From contig CAIWAD010000113.1 in NCBI GenBank assembly GCA_903910645.1, positions 45,564 to 109,563 on the forward strand: 64,000 nt of DNA, read 5' to 3'. The stretch's first letter is position 1, and each line of letters starts with the position of its first letter. The position numbers and the translations under genes are program-made. The notes under the pieces were generated by a model. It saw only the letters and a program-made list of their open reading frames with translations. It was not told where the DNA came from and did no database searches. Positions 7,853 through 18,931 of this stretch are shown one piece after another. The DNA is from an uncultured bacterium (lineage in GTDB: Bacteria > CAIWAD01).

Positions 7853-8449
7853 ATGCAGGCAGTTGACCGCTTCCTTCGCGTAGGTCTGCCGCTGACCGTC
7901 GTGAGCGTGCTCATCACGGTCATCCTGGTAGGCTGGAACACCCAACCGGACCGCTACCACATTGGTTATGCGCCGGAGCAGCCCATTCCCTACTCCCACA
8001 AGGTGCACGCCGGGGACAACCACATCCCTTGCGAGTACTGCCACACGGGAGCCCGCCAGGGACGACACGCCATGGTGCCGGCGGTGGAGGCCTGCTTCAA
8101 GTGCCACAACCTTACGCGCACGGACAGCCCGCACATCCAGCGCCTGAAGGCCGCCCTGGATGCCGGCCAGGCCTTCCCCTGGAAGCGCATCCACGACCTG
8201 CCCGACCATGTGTACTTCGACCATCGGCCCCATGTGGGCCTGGGCATCGCCTGCCAGGAATGCCACGGTCCAGTGGAGACCATGGAAGTGGTGGAGCAGG
8301 TGCTGAACATGCGCATGGGCGCCTGCCTTGAGTGCCATCGCGGCCAGCGCCAGTGGTCCACGCCCGTGCCCGCTCCCCGGGCGGACATGGTGCAGGTGGC
8401 TTCCGGCCACCCCACCGGCCCCACCAGTTGCAATGCCTGCCATCGTTGA
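7853..8449 (+). CDS. actA: Alternative Complex III pentaheme cytochrome c subunit
   Basis: N-terminal TM helix plus five CXXCH motifs (CEYCH, CFKCH, CQECH, CLECH, CNACH). First gene of the actABCDEF cluster. Confidence 0.85.
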   Translation: MQAVDRFLRVGLPLTVVSVLITVILVGWNTQPDRYHIGYAPEQPIPYSHKVHAGDNHIPCEYCHTGARQGRHAMVPAVEACFKCHNLTRTDSPHIQRLKAALDAGQAFPWKRIHDLPDHVYFDHRPHVGLGIACQECHGPVETMEVVEQVLNMRMGACLECHRGQRQWSTPVPAPRADMVQVASGHPTGPTSCNACHR

Positions 8450-8476
8450 CATGAACTTCCTGGAGGTTCCGTGCAG

Positions 8477-8674
8477 ATGACGCACACCACCCGGCGACAG
8501 GCCCTGGGAACCCTGGGAGGCCTGCTGGCCGCCCTGGCGCTCTTCCTGGTGCCCGGCTCCAGTGCCCTTGCGGCGCTGCGCAAGCCGGCCGCCACGCCGC
8601 GGACATCCGCTCCGGCCAAGGGCGAAGCGCCCGTGGTCCGGCCGCCCCAACATTCGGTGAGCCGCCATGGCTGA
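8477..8674 (+). CDS. Small (65 aa) putative Tat/Sec-signal protein between actA and actB
   Basis: GGAGG 9 nt upstream of the ATG at 8477. Sequence MTHTTRRQALGTLGGLLAALALFLVPGSSALAAL... has a twin-Arg motif plus a hydrophobic helix. Confidence 0.35.
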   Translation: MTHTTRRQALGTLGGLLAALALFLVPGSSALAALRKPAATPRTSAPAKGEAPVVRPPQHSVSRHG

Positions 8675-11600
8675 TCACACCCCTTCATCGCCGCGCTTCT
8701 GGCGCAGCCGGGCCGAGCAGGCCGCCGATCCCGCCTTCCAGGAACCGCTGCAGCGCGAGTTCGAGCCGAACAGCGCCCACCAGCCGGAAGATCCCGCCGC
8801 GGGCATGTCCCGCAGGCGCTTCCTGGGCTTGCTGGGAGCCTCCGCCGCCTTGGCGGCAGGGGCCGCTGGCTGTGGCCGAAACATCGACCGCGGAGACATT
8901 GTGCCCTACACGCGCCGCCCGGAGGATGGCCTTCCCGGGCGTGCCATGTGGTATGCCACCAGCAGCGCGGAAGCCTGCTGGGTCTTCCCCTTGCTGGTGA
9001 AGACCCGGGAATCGCGACCCATCCTCATTGAAGGCAATGACAGCCATCCCGACTCCCTGGGAGCCGCCCCCATGCGGGCCCAGGCGGAATTGCTGGGCCT
9101 TTACGATCCCGAGCGCCTGCAGGCACCGGCCAAGGCGGGGGCCACGGAGTCGTGGGACAACGCCCTGGCCGCCCTGGCGTCCGGAATGGGCAAAGGCAAG
9201 AGCCTTCTGCTCACGGGCGCCGTGGTGTCGCCATCCCGCCAGGCCCTGCTGGAGCGTTTGGCCCAGAGCTATCCCGGCGTGGAAATCCACTGTTGGGAAG
9301 CCGCCGCGCCCCATGGTGCCCTGGCCGCCAGCCAGCAATTGGGCGCCGGCCAGTTGCTGCCGCGCCTGAACCTGGAAAAGGCCCGGGTGGTGCTCAGCCT
9401 GGAAGCCGAGCTTTTCGCGGGTGAGGGAGATCTTCCCCGACAGATCCGCGCCTTTGCTGCCGCGCGTCGGCCGTTGACCCACGGGGAGGCCACGCCTGAA
9501 GGCATGAACCGCCTGTGGGCGGCGGAATCCCGCATGACTTTGACCGGCGGCAAGAGTGATCATCGCCTGGCCCTGCGCTCCAGCGCGCTGCCCGCCCTGG
9601 CTTTCGCCCTGGCCCGCCGACTGAACGAACTGGGGTTGGCCTGGCCCGGCGCGCCGTTGTCCGCGCCCTCCCTGGCGGAATTCGCCAAGGCGGAAGGCCT
9701 GGATGGCAAGCTGTTGGAGTTATTGGCCCAGGATCTGAAGCAGGCTGGCCCCGCCGCCGTGGTGGTGGCCGGCAACCAGGGCAGCGCCGCCCTTCATGGC
9801 GCGGCCTTGGTGCTGAACCGCATGCTGGGTGCCGAGGGCAATACCTTCAGCTGGCGTCCTGCCGCCTTGCGCCCCCTGGCCTCCCACGCGGAAATGTCCC
9901 AGCTGGGCAAGCGGCTCCAGGCGGGGGAATTCGCCACCGTGGTGCTGGCCGGCGTGAATCCTGTCTACGATGGCCCGGCGGGGCTGGATTGGGCCAAGGC
10001 CCTGTCCGGCGCGGGCGAGCGCTTCCACCTTGGCCTTTTGCCCGACGAGAGCGCCGCCGCCTGCACATGGTCCCTGCCCCTGAACCATTGGCTGGAATGC
10101 TGGGGCGACCACATGGGCGGCCTCCTGCAACAGCCTGTGGTGGCTCCCCTTTACGACACCCGCGCCCTGGACGAAATTCTGCTGAACCTGCTGGCCAAGG
10201 GTGGCCAAAGCGTTCCCGCGGATGGCTTGTCCTGGCTGAAGGGGCTCTGGCAGGCTGAGTACGCCCGCCAGGGCAGCCCGCTGGCTTTTGACGCCTTCTG
10301 GCATGCCTCGCTACAGCAGGGCTTCAGCGCCACGGCCTTCCCCGCTGCCCCCGCGCCTGTTCTTTCCGCTGGCGCCCTCACGGCCTGGTCCGCGCCCATG
10401 GCCGCCTCCAAGCTGGAATTGACGCTTCATGCGGACCGCCGCCTCTTCGATGGACGCGGCGCCAACATCGGCTGGCTGCAGGAGCTCCCGGATCCCGTGA
10501 CCAAGTGCACCTGGGGCAATCCTTTGTCAATTGCCCCGGCGGACGCCAAGGCCCAAAGTTTGAAGGACGGCGACCGCGTCATGTTGTCAAGCGGCGCCCA
10601 GTCGCTGGAGTGCACCGTGCTGGTGCAGCCCGGCCAGAAGGTTGGCACTTGCGCCCTGGCCCTGGGCCATGGACGCACGGCCTTGTCGGTGGCGGAAGGC
10701 ATCGGCGTGAACGCCTTCACCCTGATGCAGGGCGGCGCCACCTTGCTGCCCAATGTGAGCCTGGCCAAGGCCACCACCACCGCCATGACCCACACCACCC
10801 AGGAACACCAGCTGATGGAAGGCCGCGACATTGTGCGCAGCCTGCCGCTGGCCTCCTTTGCCGCCGGCGAGACCGGCGCACCTTCCCATGGCGCCCACGC
10901 GGGTGGCCAAAGTGAAGGGAAGGGTGCTGAGCATGGTGCCGCCGCCGCAGCCGCCCTGGCCACGGGTCGGGACCATGGATTGAAACAGAAGGAAGAGGCT
11001 CCCCTGACCCTGTACCCGGACCACGAGTACCTGGGCCACAAATGGGGCATGGCCATTGACCTTAGCGCCTGTGTGGGCTGCGCCGGTTGCGTTATTGCCT
11101 GCCAGGCGGAGAACAACATTCCCACTGTGGGCCCAGAGCGCGTGGACGAAGGCCGCGAAATGCACTGGATCCGCATCGACCGCTATTACGAGGGCGATGA
11201 GGAGAATCCGGACATGGTCTTCCAGCCCATGTTGTGCCAGCACTGCGACCACGCCCCCTGCGAGAATGTCTGCCCGGTGGCCGCCACCACGCACAACGAG
11301 GAAGGTCTGAACCAGATGACCTACAACCGTTGTGTGGGCACGCGCTACTGCGCCAACAACTGCCCCTACAAGGTGCGCCGCTTCAACTACTTCAGCTACA
11401 CGGGTGAACTGGCCGCCGTGCTGCAGCTGGCCGCCAATCCGGAAGTGAGTGTGCGTCCTCGTGGTGTCATGGAGAAGTGCACGTTCTGCGTGCAGCGCAT
11501 CAACGAGGCCAAGAATCAGGCCAAGGCCGAGGCGCGCCCGCTGGTGGATGGGGAAATCAAGCCCGCCTGCGCGGTGGCCTGCGCCGCCGGCGCCATCACT

Positions 11601-11753
11601 TTCGGCGATTTGAACGCCGACAGCGAGGTGGCGCGCCTGTCCCAGGCCGACCGTCGTTACAAAGTGCTGGAAGAACTGGGAGTGAGGCCCGCCGTGACCT
11701 ACCTGGCCGAACTGCGCAACCCCCTTGCCGCCGGAGGCGCCCATGAGTCATGA
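8667..11753 (+). CDS. actB: Alternative Complex III subunit B (molybdopterin-oxidoreductase-like domain + 4Fe-4S ferredoxin domain)
   Basis: Tat motif [22 protein letters not shown], a large MopB-like region, and a C-terminal Cys-cluster region ([42 protein letters not shown]). The start could alternatively be the ATG at 8805. Confidence 0.9.
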   Translation: MADHTPSSPRFWRSRAEQAADPAFQEPLQREFEPNSAHQPEDPAAGMSRRRFLGLLGASAALAAGAAGCGRNIDRGDIVPYTRRPEDGLPGRAMWYATSSAEACWVFPLLVKTRESRPILIEGNDSHPDSLGAAPMRAQAELLGLYDPERLQAPAKAGATESWDNALAALASGMGKGKSLLLTGAVVSPSRQALLERLAQSYPGVEIHCWEAAAPHGALAASQQLGAGQLLPRLNLEKARVVLSLEAELFAGEGDLPRQIRAFAAARRPLTHGEATPEGMNRLWAAESRMTLTGGKSDHRLALRSSALPALAFALARRLNELGLAWPGAPLSAPSLAEFAKAEGLDGKLLELLAQDLKQAGPAAVVVAGNQGSAALHGAALVLNRMLGAEGNTFSWRPAALRPLASHAEMSQLGKRLQAGEFATVVLAGVNPVYDGPAGLDWAKALSGAGERFHLGLLPDESAAACTWSLPLNHWLECWGDHMGGLLQQPVVAPLYDTRALDEILLNLLAKGGQSVPADGLSWLKGLWQAEYARQGSPLAFDAFWHASLQQGFSATAFPAAPAPVLSAGALTAWSAPMAASKLELTLHADRRLFDGRGANIGWLQELPDPVTKCTWGNPLSIAPADAKAQSLKDGDRVMLSSGAQSLECTVLVQPGQKVGTCALALGHGRTALSVAEGIGVNAFTLMQGGATLLPNVSLAKATTTAMTHTTQEHQLMEGRDIVRSLPLASFAAGETGAPSHGAHAGGQSEGKGAEHGAAAAAALATGRDHGLKQKEEAPLTLYPDHEYLGHKWGMAIDLSACVGCAGCVIACQAENNIPTVGPERVDEGREMHWIRIDRYYEGDEENPDMVFQPMLCQHCDHAPCENVCPVAATTHNEEGLNQMTYNRCVGTRYCANNCPYKVRRFNYFSYTGELAAVLQLAANPEVSVRPRGVMEKCTFCVQRINEAKNQAKAEARPLVDGEIKPACAVACAAGAITFGDLNADSEVARLSQADRRYKVLEELGVRPAVTYLAELRNPLAAGGAHES

Positions 11754-13125
11754 GGCCGTGCTGGCCGAGATCCGGCCCAAGCCCCTGGTGGTGGGGGAAG
11801 TCAGCCTGGGAGCCGTGGACGATGCCGTCTACGCCCCCATGGAATCCAAACCGCCCATGGTGTGGTGGGTGGCCCTGGCCTTCACCAGCGCCCTCATGCT
11901 CCTGGGCTTCGCCCTGATTGGCTACACGTTCTACGAAGGCATTGGCGTGTGGGGCAACAACGACCCGGTCTTTTGGGGCTGGGACATCACCAACTTCGTC
12001 TTCTGGGTGGGCATCGGCCACGCCGGAACCCTCATCAGCGCCGTGCTCTTCCTGTTCCGGCAGCGCTGGCGCAACGCCATTGCCCGCCTGGCGGAGGCCA
12101 TGACCATCTTCGCCGTGATGTGCGCGGCCATTTACCCCGCCATCCATGTGGGCAGGCCCTGGTTCGCCTTCTGGCTCTTCCCCTATCCCAACCAGCGCGG
12201 CATGTGGATCAATTTCAACAGCCCACTGGCCTGGGATGTCTTCGCGGTGAGCACCTACTTCACCGTCAGCCTCTTCTTCTGGTATGTGGGTCTTATCCCG
12301 GACCTGGCCAGCGCCCGGGACCGCGCCACGGGCAAGGTGCAGAAGGCCGTGTTCGGCGCCTTGAGCCTGGGCTGGCGCGGTGCCGCCCGGCACTGGACCC
12401 ACTATGAAAAGGCCTACATGATCCTGGCCGGCCTGGCCACGCCGCTGGTGCTCAGCGTGCACAGCATCGTGTCCTTCGACTTCGCCACCAGCGTCATCCC
12501 CGGCTGGCACACCACCATTTTCCCGCCTTACTTCGTGGCGGGCGCCGTGTTCAGCGGCTTCGCCATGGTGGTCACCGTGCTGGTCTTCGTGCGCAAGATC
12601 ATGCGCCTGGACCACCTCATCACCCTGGACCACATGGAAGTGATGAACAAGGTGATCCTTACCACGGGCTCCATTGTGGGTTACGCCTACGGCATGGAGT
12701 TCTTCATTGCCTGGTACGGCGGCGTGCCCGCCGAGCACTATGTCTTCATGAACCGCGCCACGGGCCCCTACGCCTGGGCCTACTGGACCATGGTCAGCTG
12801 CAACGTGATCTTCCCCCAGCTCTTCTGGTTCCGCAAGATCCGCCGCAGCATCGTGGCCATGTTCATCATTTCCATTTTTGTGAACATCGGCATGTGGTTC
12901 GAACGCTTCGTGATCATTGCCACCAGCCTGCACCGGGATTACCTGCCCAGCGCCTGGGGCTACTTCCGCCCCACACTGGTGGACATGGGCATCTTCGCCG
13001 GAACCTTCGGCCTTTTCTTCACCATGATCCTGCTCTTCAGCCGCACCCTGCCGGTGATTGCCACGGCGGAGCTGAAAGCGGTGCTTCCCGGCGCGCAGCC
13101 CGGCCATGGAGGTCATCATGAGTGA
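11743..13125 (+). CDS. actC: Alternative Complex III NrfD/PsrC-like membrane subunit
   Basis: Polytopic membrane protein of the NrfD family. GGAGG RBS, and it overlaps the actB stop. Confidence 0.9.
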   Translation: MSHEAVLAEIRPKPLVVGEVSLGAVDDAVYAPMESKPPMVWWVALAFTSALMLLGFALIGYTFYEGIGVWGNNDPVFWGWDITNFVFWVGIGHAGTLISAVLFLFRQRWRNAIARLAEAMTIFAVMCAAIYPAIHVGRPWFAFWLFPYPNQRGMWINFNSPLAWDVFAVSTYFTVSLFFWYVGLIPDLASARDRATGKVQKAVFGALSLGWRGAARHWTHYEKAYMILAGLATPLVLSVHSIVSFDFATSVIPGWHTTIFPPYFVAGAVFSGFAMVVTVLVFVRKIMRLDHLITLDHMEVMNKVILTTGSIVGYAYGMEFFIAWYGGVPAEHYVFMNRATGPYAWAYWTMVSCNVIFPQLFWFRKIRRSIVAMFIISIFVNIGMWFERFVIIATSLHRDYLPSAWGYFRPTLVDMGIFAGTFGLFFTMILLFSRTLPVIATAELKAVLPGAQPGHGGHHE

Positions 13126-14299
13126 TCGTCCCTTCCTGGTGCTGGGCCTGTTCCAGGACGCCGACAAGCTGGTCCACGGCATTCGTGCCCTGAAATCGAC
13201 CTACGGCGACAAGCTGGAAGCCTACACGCCCTATCCCATCCACGGGATCGAGAAGGAACTGGGCATTCCAAAATCCCATGTGGGGAAAATCGTCCTCGCC
13301 CTGGGATTGTCGGGCCTGACCCTGGCCCTGGGTTTCCAGAGCTGGGTGTTCACCACGGACTACCAGATCCAGTTCGGCGGCAAGCCCTACTTCAGTTGGG
13401 CCAGCTTCGTGCCCATTGTGTTTGAAGTGACCGTGCTGCTGGCCTGCATTGTGGGCGCCGTGTTCGGCATGCTGGTGTTGGTGAACAAGCTGCCGCACTA
13501 CTCGCACCCCATCCTGTCCAGCCGCAGCATGCCCAAGATCACGCGGGACCGCTTCGCCCTGGCGGTGAGCGTGGACACGGCGGAGGACGCCGCCCGCGCC
13601 GAGGCCGCCCTGCGCCAGGCCGGCGCGCCGGAAACAGAAGTGGTGCACGGCACGGACGAAATTGGATCCGGCCCCTTGCTGCCGCTGAAGCCCGTGCTGG
13701 CCACGGTGATCATCTGCGTGCTGGCGGGTCTGGGCACCTGGCACCTGCAGCGGTTATGGAACAAGCTGCCGCTCATCTCCATCATGGATGAGCAAACCAA
13801 GGTGCTGCCCTTCCGCGCCAACGCCTTCTACCCCGACGGCCAGTCCATGCGCCCGCTGGTGCCGGGCACCGTGTCGCGCAGCGCCGAGTACGCCGCCTGG
13901 ACCACGCCGGAGGAAGCCGGTCAAATGCTGGTCAACCCCCTGTCGGCGGACAGCCTGACTCTTGCCAAGGGTCGCCGGGGCTATGAAACCCATTGCCTGG
14001 TATGCCACGGCCAGTTGGGCGATGGCACGAAACTGCTGAGCGACAAATACACGGGCGCTCCCGCCAACCTGCACCAGGCACGCTTGAAGGAAGCCCCGGA
14101 CGGTCACCTGTTCGCGGTGGTCACCGCCGGCAAGAACACCATGGCCGGTTACGGCAAGGACATTCCCGCCGCCGACCGCTGGGCCATTGTGCACTATGTG
14201 CGCGTGCTGCAGCGGGCCCTGGACGCCAGCGACGCCGATGTCCAGGCGGCCCAGGCCGTGGCTGCGGCCGCGCCTGTTGCCCAGGGAGGAAGCCACTGA
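13118..14299 (+). CDS. actDE: Fused ActD (DUF3341 membrane subunit) and ActE (monoheme cytochrome c)
   Basis: N-terminal half is ActD-like ([25 protein letters not shown]...). C-terminal half carries the single CLVCHG heme motif typical of ActE. It is one continuous ORF. Confidence 0.8.
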   Translation: MSDRPFLVLGLFQDADKLVHGIRALKSTYGDKLEAYTPYPIHGIEKELGIPKSHVGKIVLALGLSGLTLALGFQSWVFTTDYQIQFGGKPYFSWASFVPIVFEVTVLLACIVGAVFGMLVLVNKLPHYSHPILSSRSMPKITRDRFALAVSVDTAEDAARAEAALRQAGAPETEVVHGTDEIGSGPLLPLKPVLATVIICVLAGLGTWHLQRLWNKLPLISIMDEQTKVLPFRANAFYPDGQSMRPLVPGTVSRSAEYAAWTTPEEAGQMLVNPLSADSLTLAKGRRGYETHCLVCHGQLGDGTKLLSDKYTGAPANLHQARLKEAPDGHLFAVVTAGKNTMAGYGKDIPAADRWAIVHYVRVLQRALDASDADVQAAQAVAAAAPVAQGGSH

Positions 14300-15450
14300 T
14301 GGGCAAGACCATGCTACCCAAGTTGATGGCCGGTCTGGGCCTGCTGGGCGTGATTGGCGCCTGGTTTGCCGGGGATTCCGCCCGTTTCAGCGCCAACTGG
14401 TTCGTGTGGAGCATCCTGCTCCTGGCCGTGGCCCTGGGTTCCCTGTTCATCGTTGCGCTGGAGCACCTGACCCGCGCCCAGTGGAGCATTGTGTTGCGCC
14501 GCGTGCCGGAACGCCTGTCGGGCCTCCTGCCCGCTCTGGCCGTTGTATTTGCCATTGGCGCGGCCCTGGGCCTTGCCGGGAATTTCGGTTGGTCCACCCC
14601 GGCCTTCCGTGAAGCCCTGGCCACAGAGCCCCACCTGCATGGCAAGGCCATCTGGTACAGCTCGCCCTTCTTCATTGGCCGTCTGGTCTTCATTTTTGCC
14701 GTGTGGCTCATGAGCTGGAAGCTCCTGGCCGGTGGCAGCATGAAGCAGGATGAGACGAAAGATCCGCGCTTCAGTCTTTTCGCCAAGCGCTTCAGTGCGC
14801 CTTTCATGTGGCTCTTCGCCATTAGCGTCACGGTGTTGACGGTGGACTGGCTCATGGGCATGAGCCCGCGCTGGTTCAGCACCATCTTCGGCGTCTACGG
14901 CTTCTCGGGCATCTTTCTGAGCGGTCTGGCGGCCACGGTGCTGGGCATCCTGCACCTGAAGAAGCAAGGCCGCCTCCAGGAAGTGCGTCCGGACCACTTG
15001 TACAGCCTGGGCGGGTTCCTGTTCGCCTTTACGGTGTTCTGGGCTTACATCGCTTTCAGCCAGTTCATGCTCATCTGGTACGCCAACCTGCCGGAAGAGA
15101 CCTTCTGGTTCCACACCCGCCTGACGGGTGGCTGGTACCCGGTCACCTTCATCCTGCCCATCCTGCGCTTCATCGTGCCCTTCTTCGCCCTGCTTTCGCG
15201 GGAAGTGAAGATGGATGCCCGTCGCCTGTCCCTCGTGGCGGTGCTGGTGCTGGTGGGCCAGGCCCTGGACCTGTACTGGCTGATTGTCCCGGAACTGGGT
15301 CGTGGCGTGCTCTTCGGCTGGCAGGAAGTGGCCTTCGGCCTCTTCTTCACGGGCCTGGGACTTAGCCTGGCGGAAGCCCGCATGAATGTGGGCAAGGACC
15401 TGCCGGAAGGCGACCCCAATCTGGACGCCAGTCTTCATTATCACCTGTAG
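14299..15450 (+). CDS. actF: Alternative Complex III second NrfD-like membrane subunit
   Basis: Polytopic membrane protein paralogous to ActC. GGAGGA RBS, and TGATG overlap with actDE. Confidence 0.85.
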   Translation: MGKTMLPKLMAGLGLLGVIGAWFAGDSARFSANWFVWSILLLAVALGSLFIVALEHLTRAQWSIVLRRVPERLSGLLPALAVVFAIGAALGLAGNFGWSTPAFREALATEPHLHGKAIWYSSPFFIGRLVFIFAVWLMSWKLLAGGSMKQDETKDPRFSLFAKRFSAPFMWLFAISVTVLTVDWLMGMSPRWFSTIFGVYGFSGIFLSGLAATVLGILHLKKQGRLQEVRPDHLYSLGGFLFAFTVFWAYIAFSQFMLIWYANLPEETFWFHTRLTGGWYPVTFILPILRFIVPFFALLSREVKMDARRLSLVAVLVLVGQALDLYWLIVPELGRGVLFGWQEVAFGLFFTGLGLSLAEARMNVGKDLPEGDPNLDASLHYHL

Positions 15451-15459
15451 GAAGCAGTC

Positions 15460-16335
15460 ATGGCGCAACCTGAACGCAACAGCATTCTCCCCACCCTGGC
15501 CTGGAGCCTGGCCATCCTCTTGGCCATGGGCATCTTCTTCGGCCTGCTGGTGGGTCCGGCCCTGACAAAGGGCGGCGCGGGCACGGCCCACGGCTATCTG
15601 CCTCCCCAGGCGCCCACGGACCTGACGGAGTTCGATGCGGTGAAGGGCCGTCAGGCGCCGGGCATCAACCTGGGTCAGGCCGTGGCGGGTGATCCTGCAC
15701 TGAAGACCTGGGCCAAGGATGAATACGGCAAGATCTGCGTGGCCTGCCATGGACCCGCGGGCAAGGGCGATGGCCCCGCCGGTCTGGCCCTGCAGGCGCG
15801 CAACTTCACGCTGAACGAGGCCTGGAAGAACGGGCCCAAGCTCACGCAGATCTTCCAGACGCTGAGCAAGGGTTTGCCGCCCAAGATGCCCGCCTACGAC
15901 ACCTACACCCCGGCCCAGCGGCTGGCGCTGGCCCATGTGGTGCAGGGCTTCATGGCCTTCCCCAAGCCGGCGGCCAGCGCGGCGGAGGTGGCGGCCATGG
16001 ACGCGGAATTCAGTCTCAGCGCAGGCGTGCGGGATCCCGGACGCGTAAGCGTAAGTGTGGCCGCCCAGCGCGTGGCCCAGGAAAGTCAGGCCACAAGCTT
16101 GAATGTGGAGGCCCTGCCAGCCGATCTGCGCCATCTGGTGCGTCATGCGGCCAAGGCCGGCCAGACCCTGGTGGGCCTGAAGGGCTTGAGCGGCGCCAAT
16201 TGGACGGCGGCCCTGCATGCGGGAGCACCGGCCAACGGCTTCTCTCCGGCGGTGGGGGCTCTGGGCGGCGCCGATTGGCAGCGTTTGAACGCGGCCCTGG
16301 CGGTGGCCACCCAGGCCGGCACCAGCACCAACTAG
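15460..16335 (+). CDS. Membrane-anchored class I monoheme cytochrome c
   Basis: N-terminal TM helix and one CVACHG motif. Sits between the ACIII and oxidase modules, so it is the likely electron carrier. Confidence 0.7.
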   Translation: MAQPERNSILPTLAWSLAILLAMGIFFGLLVGPALTKGGAGTAHGYLPPQAPTDLTEFDAVKGRQAPGINLGQAVAGDPALKTWAKDEYGKICVACHGPAGKGDGPAGLALQARNFTLNEAWKNGPKLTQIFQTLSKGLPPKMPAYDTYTPAQRLALAHVVQGFMAFPKPAASAAEVAAMDAEFSLSAGVRDPGRVSVSVAAQRVAQESQATSLNVEALPADLRHLVRHAAKAGQTLVGLKGLSGANWTAALHAGAPANGFSPAVGALGGADWQRLNAALAVATQAGTSTN

Positions 16336-16342
16336 GCAGCTC

Positions 16343-16376
16343 AGGCGGCTGCGGTCCTGGACCCGGCCGCCTTTTT
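16343..16376 (+). terminator. Hairpin with a T-run between the cytochrome c gene and sco1 (possible partial terminator/attenuator)
   Basis: AGGCGGC...GCCGCCT followed by TTTT. The loop is long (16 nt), so confidence is low. Confidence 0.3.
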
Positions 16377-16436
16377 CCTGCCTCGCAAGTTCGTCTGGAC
16401 TAAGTTTGTTGATTGAATAACAAGTCAGGAGAACCC

Positions 16437-17306
16437 ATGGCCCCTTCCCCCCCTTTCCGACGATGGGTGCCCATCGTCCTGTTGGTGGCCAGCCTTGCCG
16501 CCTTCCCAGCCCGGGCCGCGCAGCCCGCGGCGGAGGAGGACAAGGCCGGCGTGTTTTTCGATGAGCATCTGGGACAGGTCCTGCCCGGCGATGTGTTGCT
16601 GCGCGACGAAGCGGGCAATCCCGTGCGGCTGGACTCCCTGGTGGACAAGCCCACCATCTTGAACTTCGTCTACTTCGATTGCCCCGGCGTGTGCACGCCC
16701 CTGCTGAACGAAGTGGCGGACATCCTGGGCAAGACGGACCTGGATCCGCGCAAGGAGCCCTTCCAGATCCTGACGGTGAGTTTCGAGCCCCGGGACACGC
16801 CGGAGGTGGCGTCCGAGAAGCGCGCCAATTATCTGGCCATGCTCAGCCGCCCCCTGCCCCAGGAGAGCTGGCGCTTCCTGACCGGCGACGCGGAACCGCT
16901 GGCGCGCCTCACCAAGGCCGCGGGCTTTTCCTACAAGAAGGCCGGCTTTGAATATGTGCATCCCGGCGGGCTCATCCTGCTGGCGCCAGACCGCACCATT
17001 GTGCGCTATCTCTACGGCACCAAGTTCCTGCCCTTCGATTTCAAGATGGGCATCGCCGAAGCCGCAAAGGGACATGTGCTTCCCACCACGGCACGCCTGC
17101 TCACCATCTGCTTCAGCTACGACCCCGAGGGCCGCACCTATGTCTTCAACACCATGCGCGTGGTGGGCAGCAGCATGCTGCTGACGGTGGGCCTCTTCGC
17201 CGGCTTCCTGGCGGTCACCCAGAAGCGCGGCAGCCGTGGCCTGGGCCGCAAAGCCCGCCAGGACAACACAGCAACCACCAGCACCCAGAATCGGGAGGAC
17301 GCATGA
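16437..17306 (+). CDS. SCO1/SenC copper chaperone (thioredoxin-like)
   Basis: CPGVC motif (FDCPGVCTPLLNEV), an N-terminal signal/anchor, and AGGAGA RBS. Confidence 0.85.
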   Translation: MAPSPPFRRWVPIVLLVASLAAFPARAAQPAAEEDKAGVFFDEHLGQVLPGDVLLRDEAGNPVRLDSLVDKPTILNFVYFDCPGVCTPLLNEVADILGKTDLDPRKEPFQILTVSFEPRDTPEVASEKRANYLAMLSRPLPQESWRFLTGDAEPLARLTKAAGFSYKKAGFEYVHPGGLILLAPDRTIVRYLYGTKFLPFDFKMGIAEAAKGHVLPTTARLLTICFSYDPEGRTYVFNTMRVVGSSMLLTVGLFAGFLAVTQKRGSRGLGRKARQDNTATTSTQNREDA

Positions 17307-18931
17307 CGGACAAGGCCAGCGGAGCCACCCCTCCGCGCGGATTTTACGGGCCGGAAGGCGGCGGGGGAGGTCTCCTCTCCTGGGTCTTCTCCACGGACCA
17401 CAAGCGCGTGGGTCTGCTCTACCTCTACTCGCTCCTGAGCTTCTTCGCCATCGGGGCCATCCTGGGCCTTACCATGCGCGCGGAGCTCCTGATGCCCGGC
17501 CAGCAATTGGTCAGTCCCCGGGTTTACAACAGTCTCTTCACCCTGCACGGCGTGATCATGATCTTCCTGTTCATTGTGCCGGGCATTCCCGCCATCATGG
17601 GCAACTTCATGCTGCCCTTGCAGATTGGCGCGGAGGATGTGGCCTTTCCCCGCCTGAATCTGGCCAGCTGGTGGGTGTACATGGTGGGCGCCTTCCTGGC
17701 CGTCACCAGCCTGTTCAGCGGCGGCGGCGCTCCGGACACGGGCTGGACCTTTTACGCGCCTTATTCCATCCGCACCAACTCCAATGTGAGCCTGGCCGTG
17801 CTGGCGGCCTTCATCCTGGGCTTCAGCAGCGTGCTCACGGGCATCAACTTCATCACCACCATCCACCGCATGCGGGCCAAGGGCATGGGATTCTTCCGCA
17901 TGCCGCTCTTCGTGTGGAGCCTTTACGCCACCAGCTGGATCCAGGTCATCGCCACACCGGTGGTGGGCATCACTCTGGTCCTGGTGGTGCTGGAGCGATT
18001 GCTGGGCATTGGCTTCTTTGATCCGGCGGCAGGCGGTGATCCCATCCTCTACCAGCACCTTTTCTGGATTTACAGCCATCCCGCCGTGTACATCATGATC
18101 CTCCCCGCCATGGGTGTCATCAGCGAAATCCTGCCCACTTTTTCCCGGCGCACCATTTTCGGCTACAAGGCCATCGCCATGAGCAGCATGGCCATTGCTG
18201 GCGTGGGCTACCTGGTGTGGGGGCATCACATGTTCACCACGGGCATGAGCGACACCAGCCGCGTGGTGTTCAGCCTCATGACCTTCCTTGTGGCCATCCC
18301 CACAGGCATCAAGATTTTCAACTGGGTGGCCACGCTCTACAGGGGCAGCATCAGTCTTGAAAGCCCCATGCTTTACGCCATGGCCTTCATCTTCCTGTTC
18401 AGCATCGGCGGCCTGACGGGTCTGGTGAACGGCGCCCTGTCCACGGACATCCATGTGCACGACACCTACTTCGTGGTGGGCCACTTCCACTATGTGATGT
18501 TCGGCGGCACGGGCATTGCCCTGTTCGCCGCCCTCCACTATTGGCTGCCCAAGATCAGCGGCCGCATGGTGAATGAGAAGAAAGCCAAGCGCGCCTTCTG
18601 GCTGGTGGTCATTGGCTTCAACCTGCTCTACTTCCCCATGCTGGTGCTGGGCATCATGGGCATGCCGCGCCGTTACCACGATTACCTGCCCATTTTCCAA
18701 ACGCCGCATGTGATCAGCACCATCGGCTCCTGGGTCATTGCCACGGGTCTTGTGCTCATGTTCTGGAATCTGTGGAGCAGCGCCCGCCGGGGCGCCCTGG
18801 CGGGGAACAACCCCTGGGGAGGCACAACGCTGGAATGGCAGACCACCAGCCCGCCGCCCACGCTGAACTTCGACGCCCCCGTCACGGTGACGGCCGGCCC
18901 CTACGAGCGCGGTGAAGGGAGAACGGCATGA
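17303..18931 (+). CDS. ctaD: Cytochrome c oxidase subunit I
   Basis: 12-TM heme-copper oxidase subunit I with conserved His ligands (e.g. GHFHYV, HHMF). ATGA overlap with sco1. Confidence 0.95.
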   Translation: MTDKASGATPPRGFYGPEGGGGGLLSWVFSTDHKRVGLLYLYSLLSFFAIGAILGLTMRAELLMPGQQLVSPRVYNSLFTLHGVIMIFLFIVPGIPAIMGNFMLPLQIGAEDVAFPRLNLASWWVYMVGAFLAVTSLFSGGGAPDTGWTFYAPYSIRTNSNVSLAVLAAFILGFSSVLTGINFITTIHRMRAKGMGFFRMPLFVWSLYATSWIQVIATPVVGITLVLVVLERLLGIGFFDPAAGGDPILYQHLFWIYSHPAVYIMILPAMGVISEILPTFSRRTIFGYKAIAMSSMAIAGVGYLVWGHHMFTTGMSDTSRVVFSLMTFLVAIPTGIKIFNWVATLYRGSISLESPMLYAMAFIFLFSIGGLTGLVNGALSTDIHVHDTYFVVGHFHYVMFGGTGIALFAALHYWLPKISGRMVNEKKAKRAFWLVVIGFNLLYFPMLVLGIMGMPRRYHDYLPIFQTPHVISTIGSWVIATGLVLMFWNLWSSARRGALAGNNPWGGTTLEWQTTSPPPTLNFDAPVTVTAGPYERGEGRTA

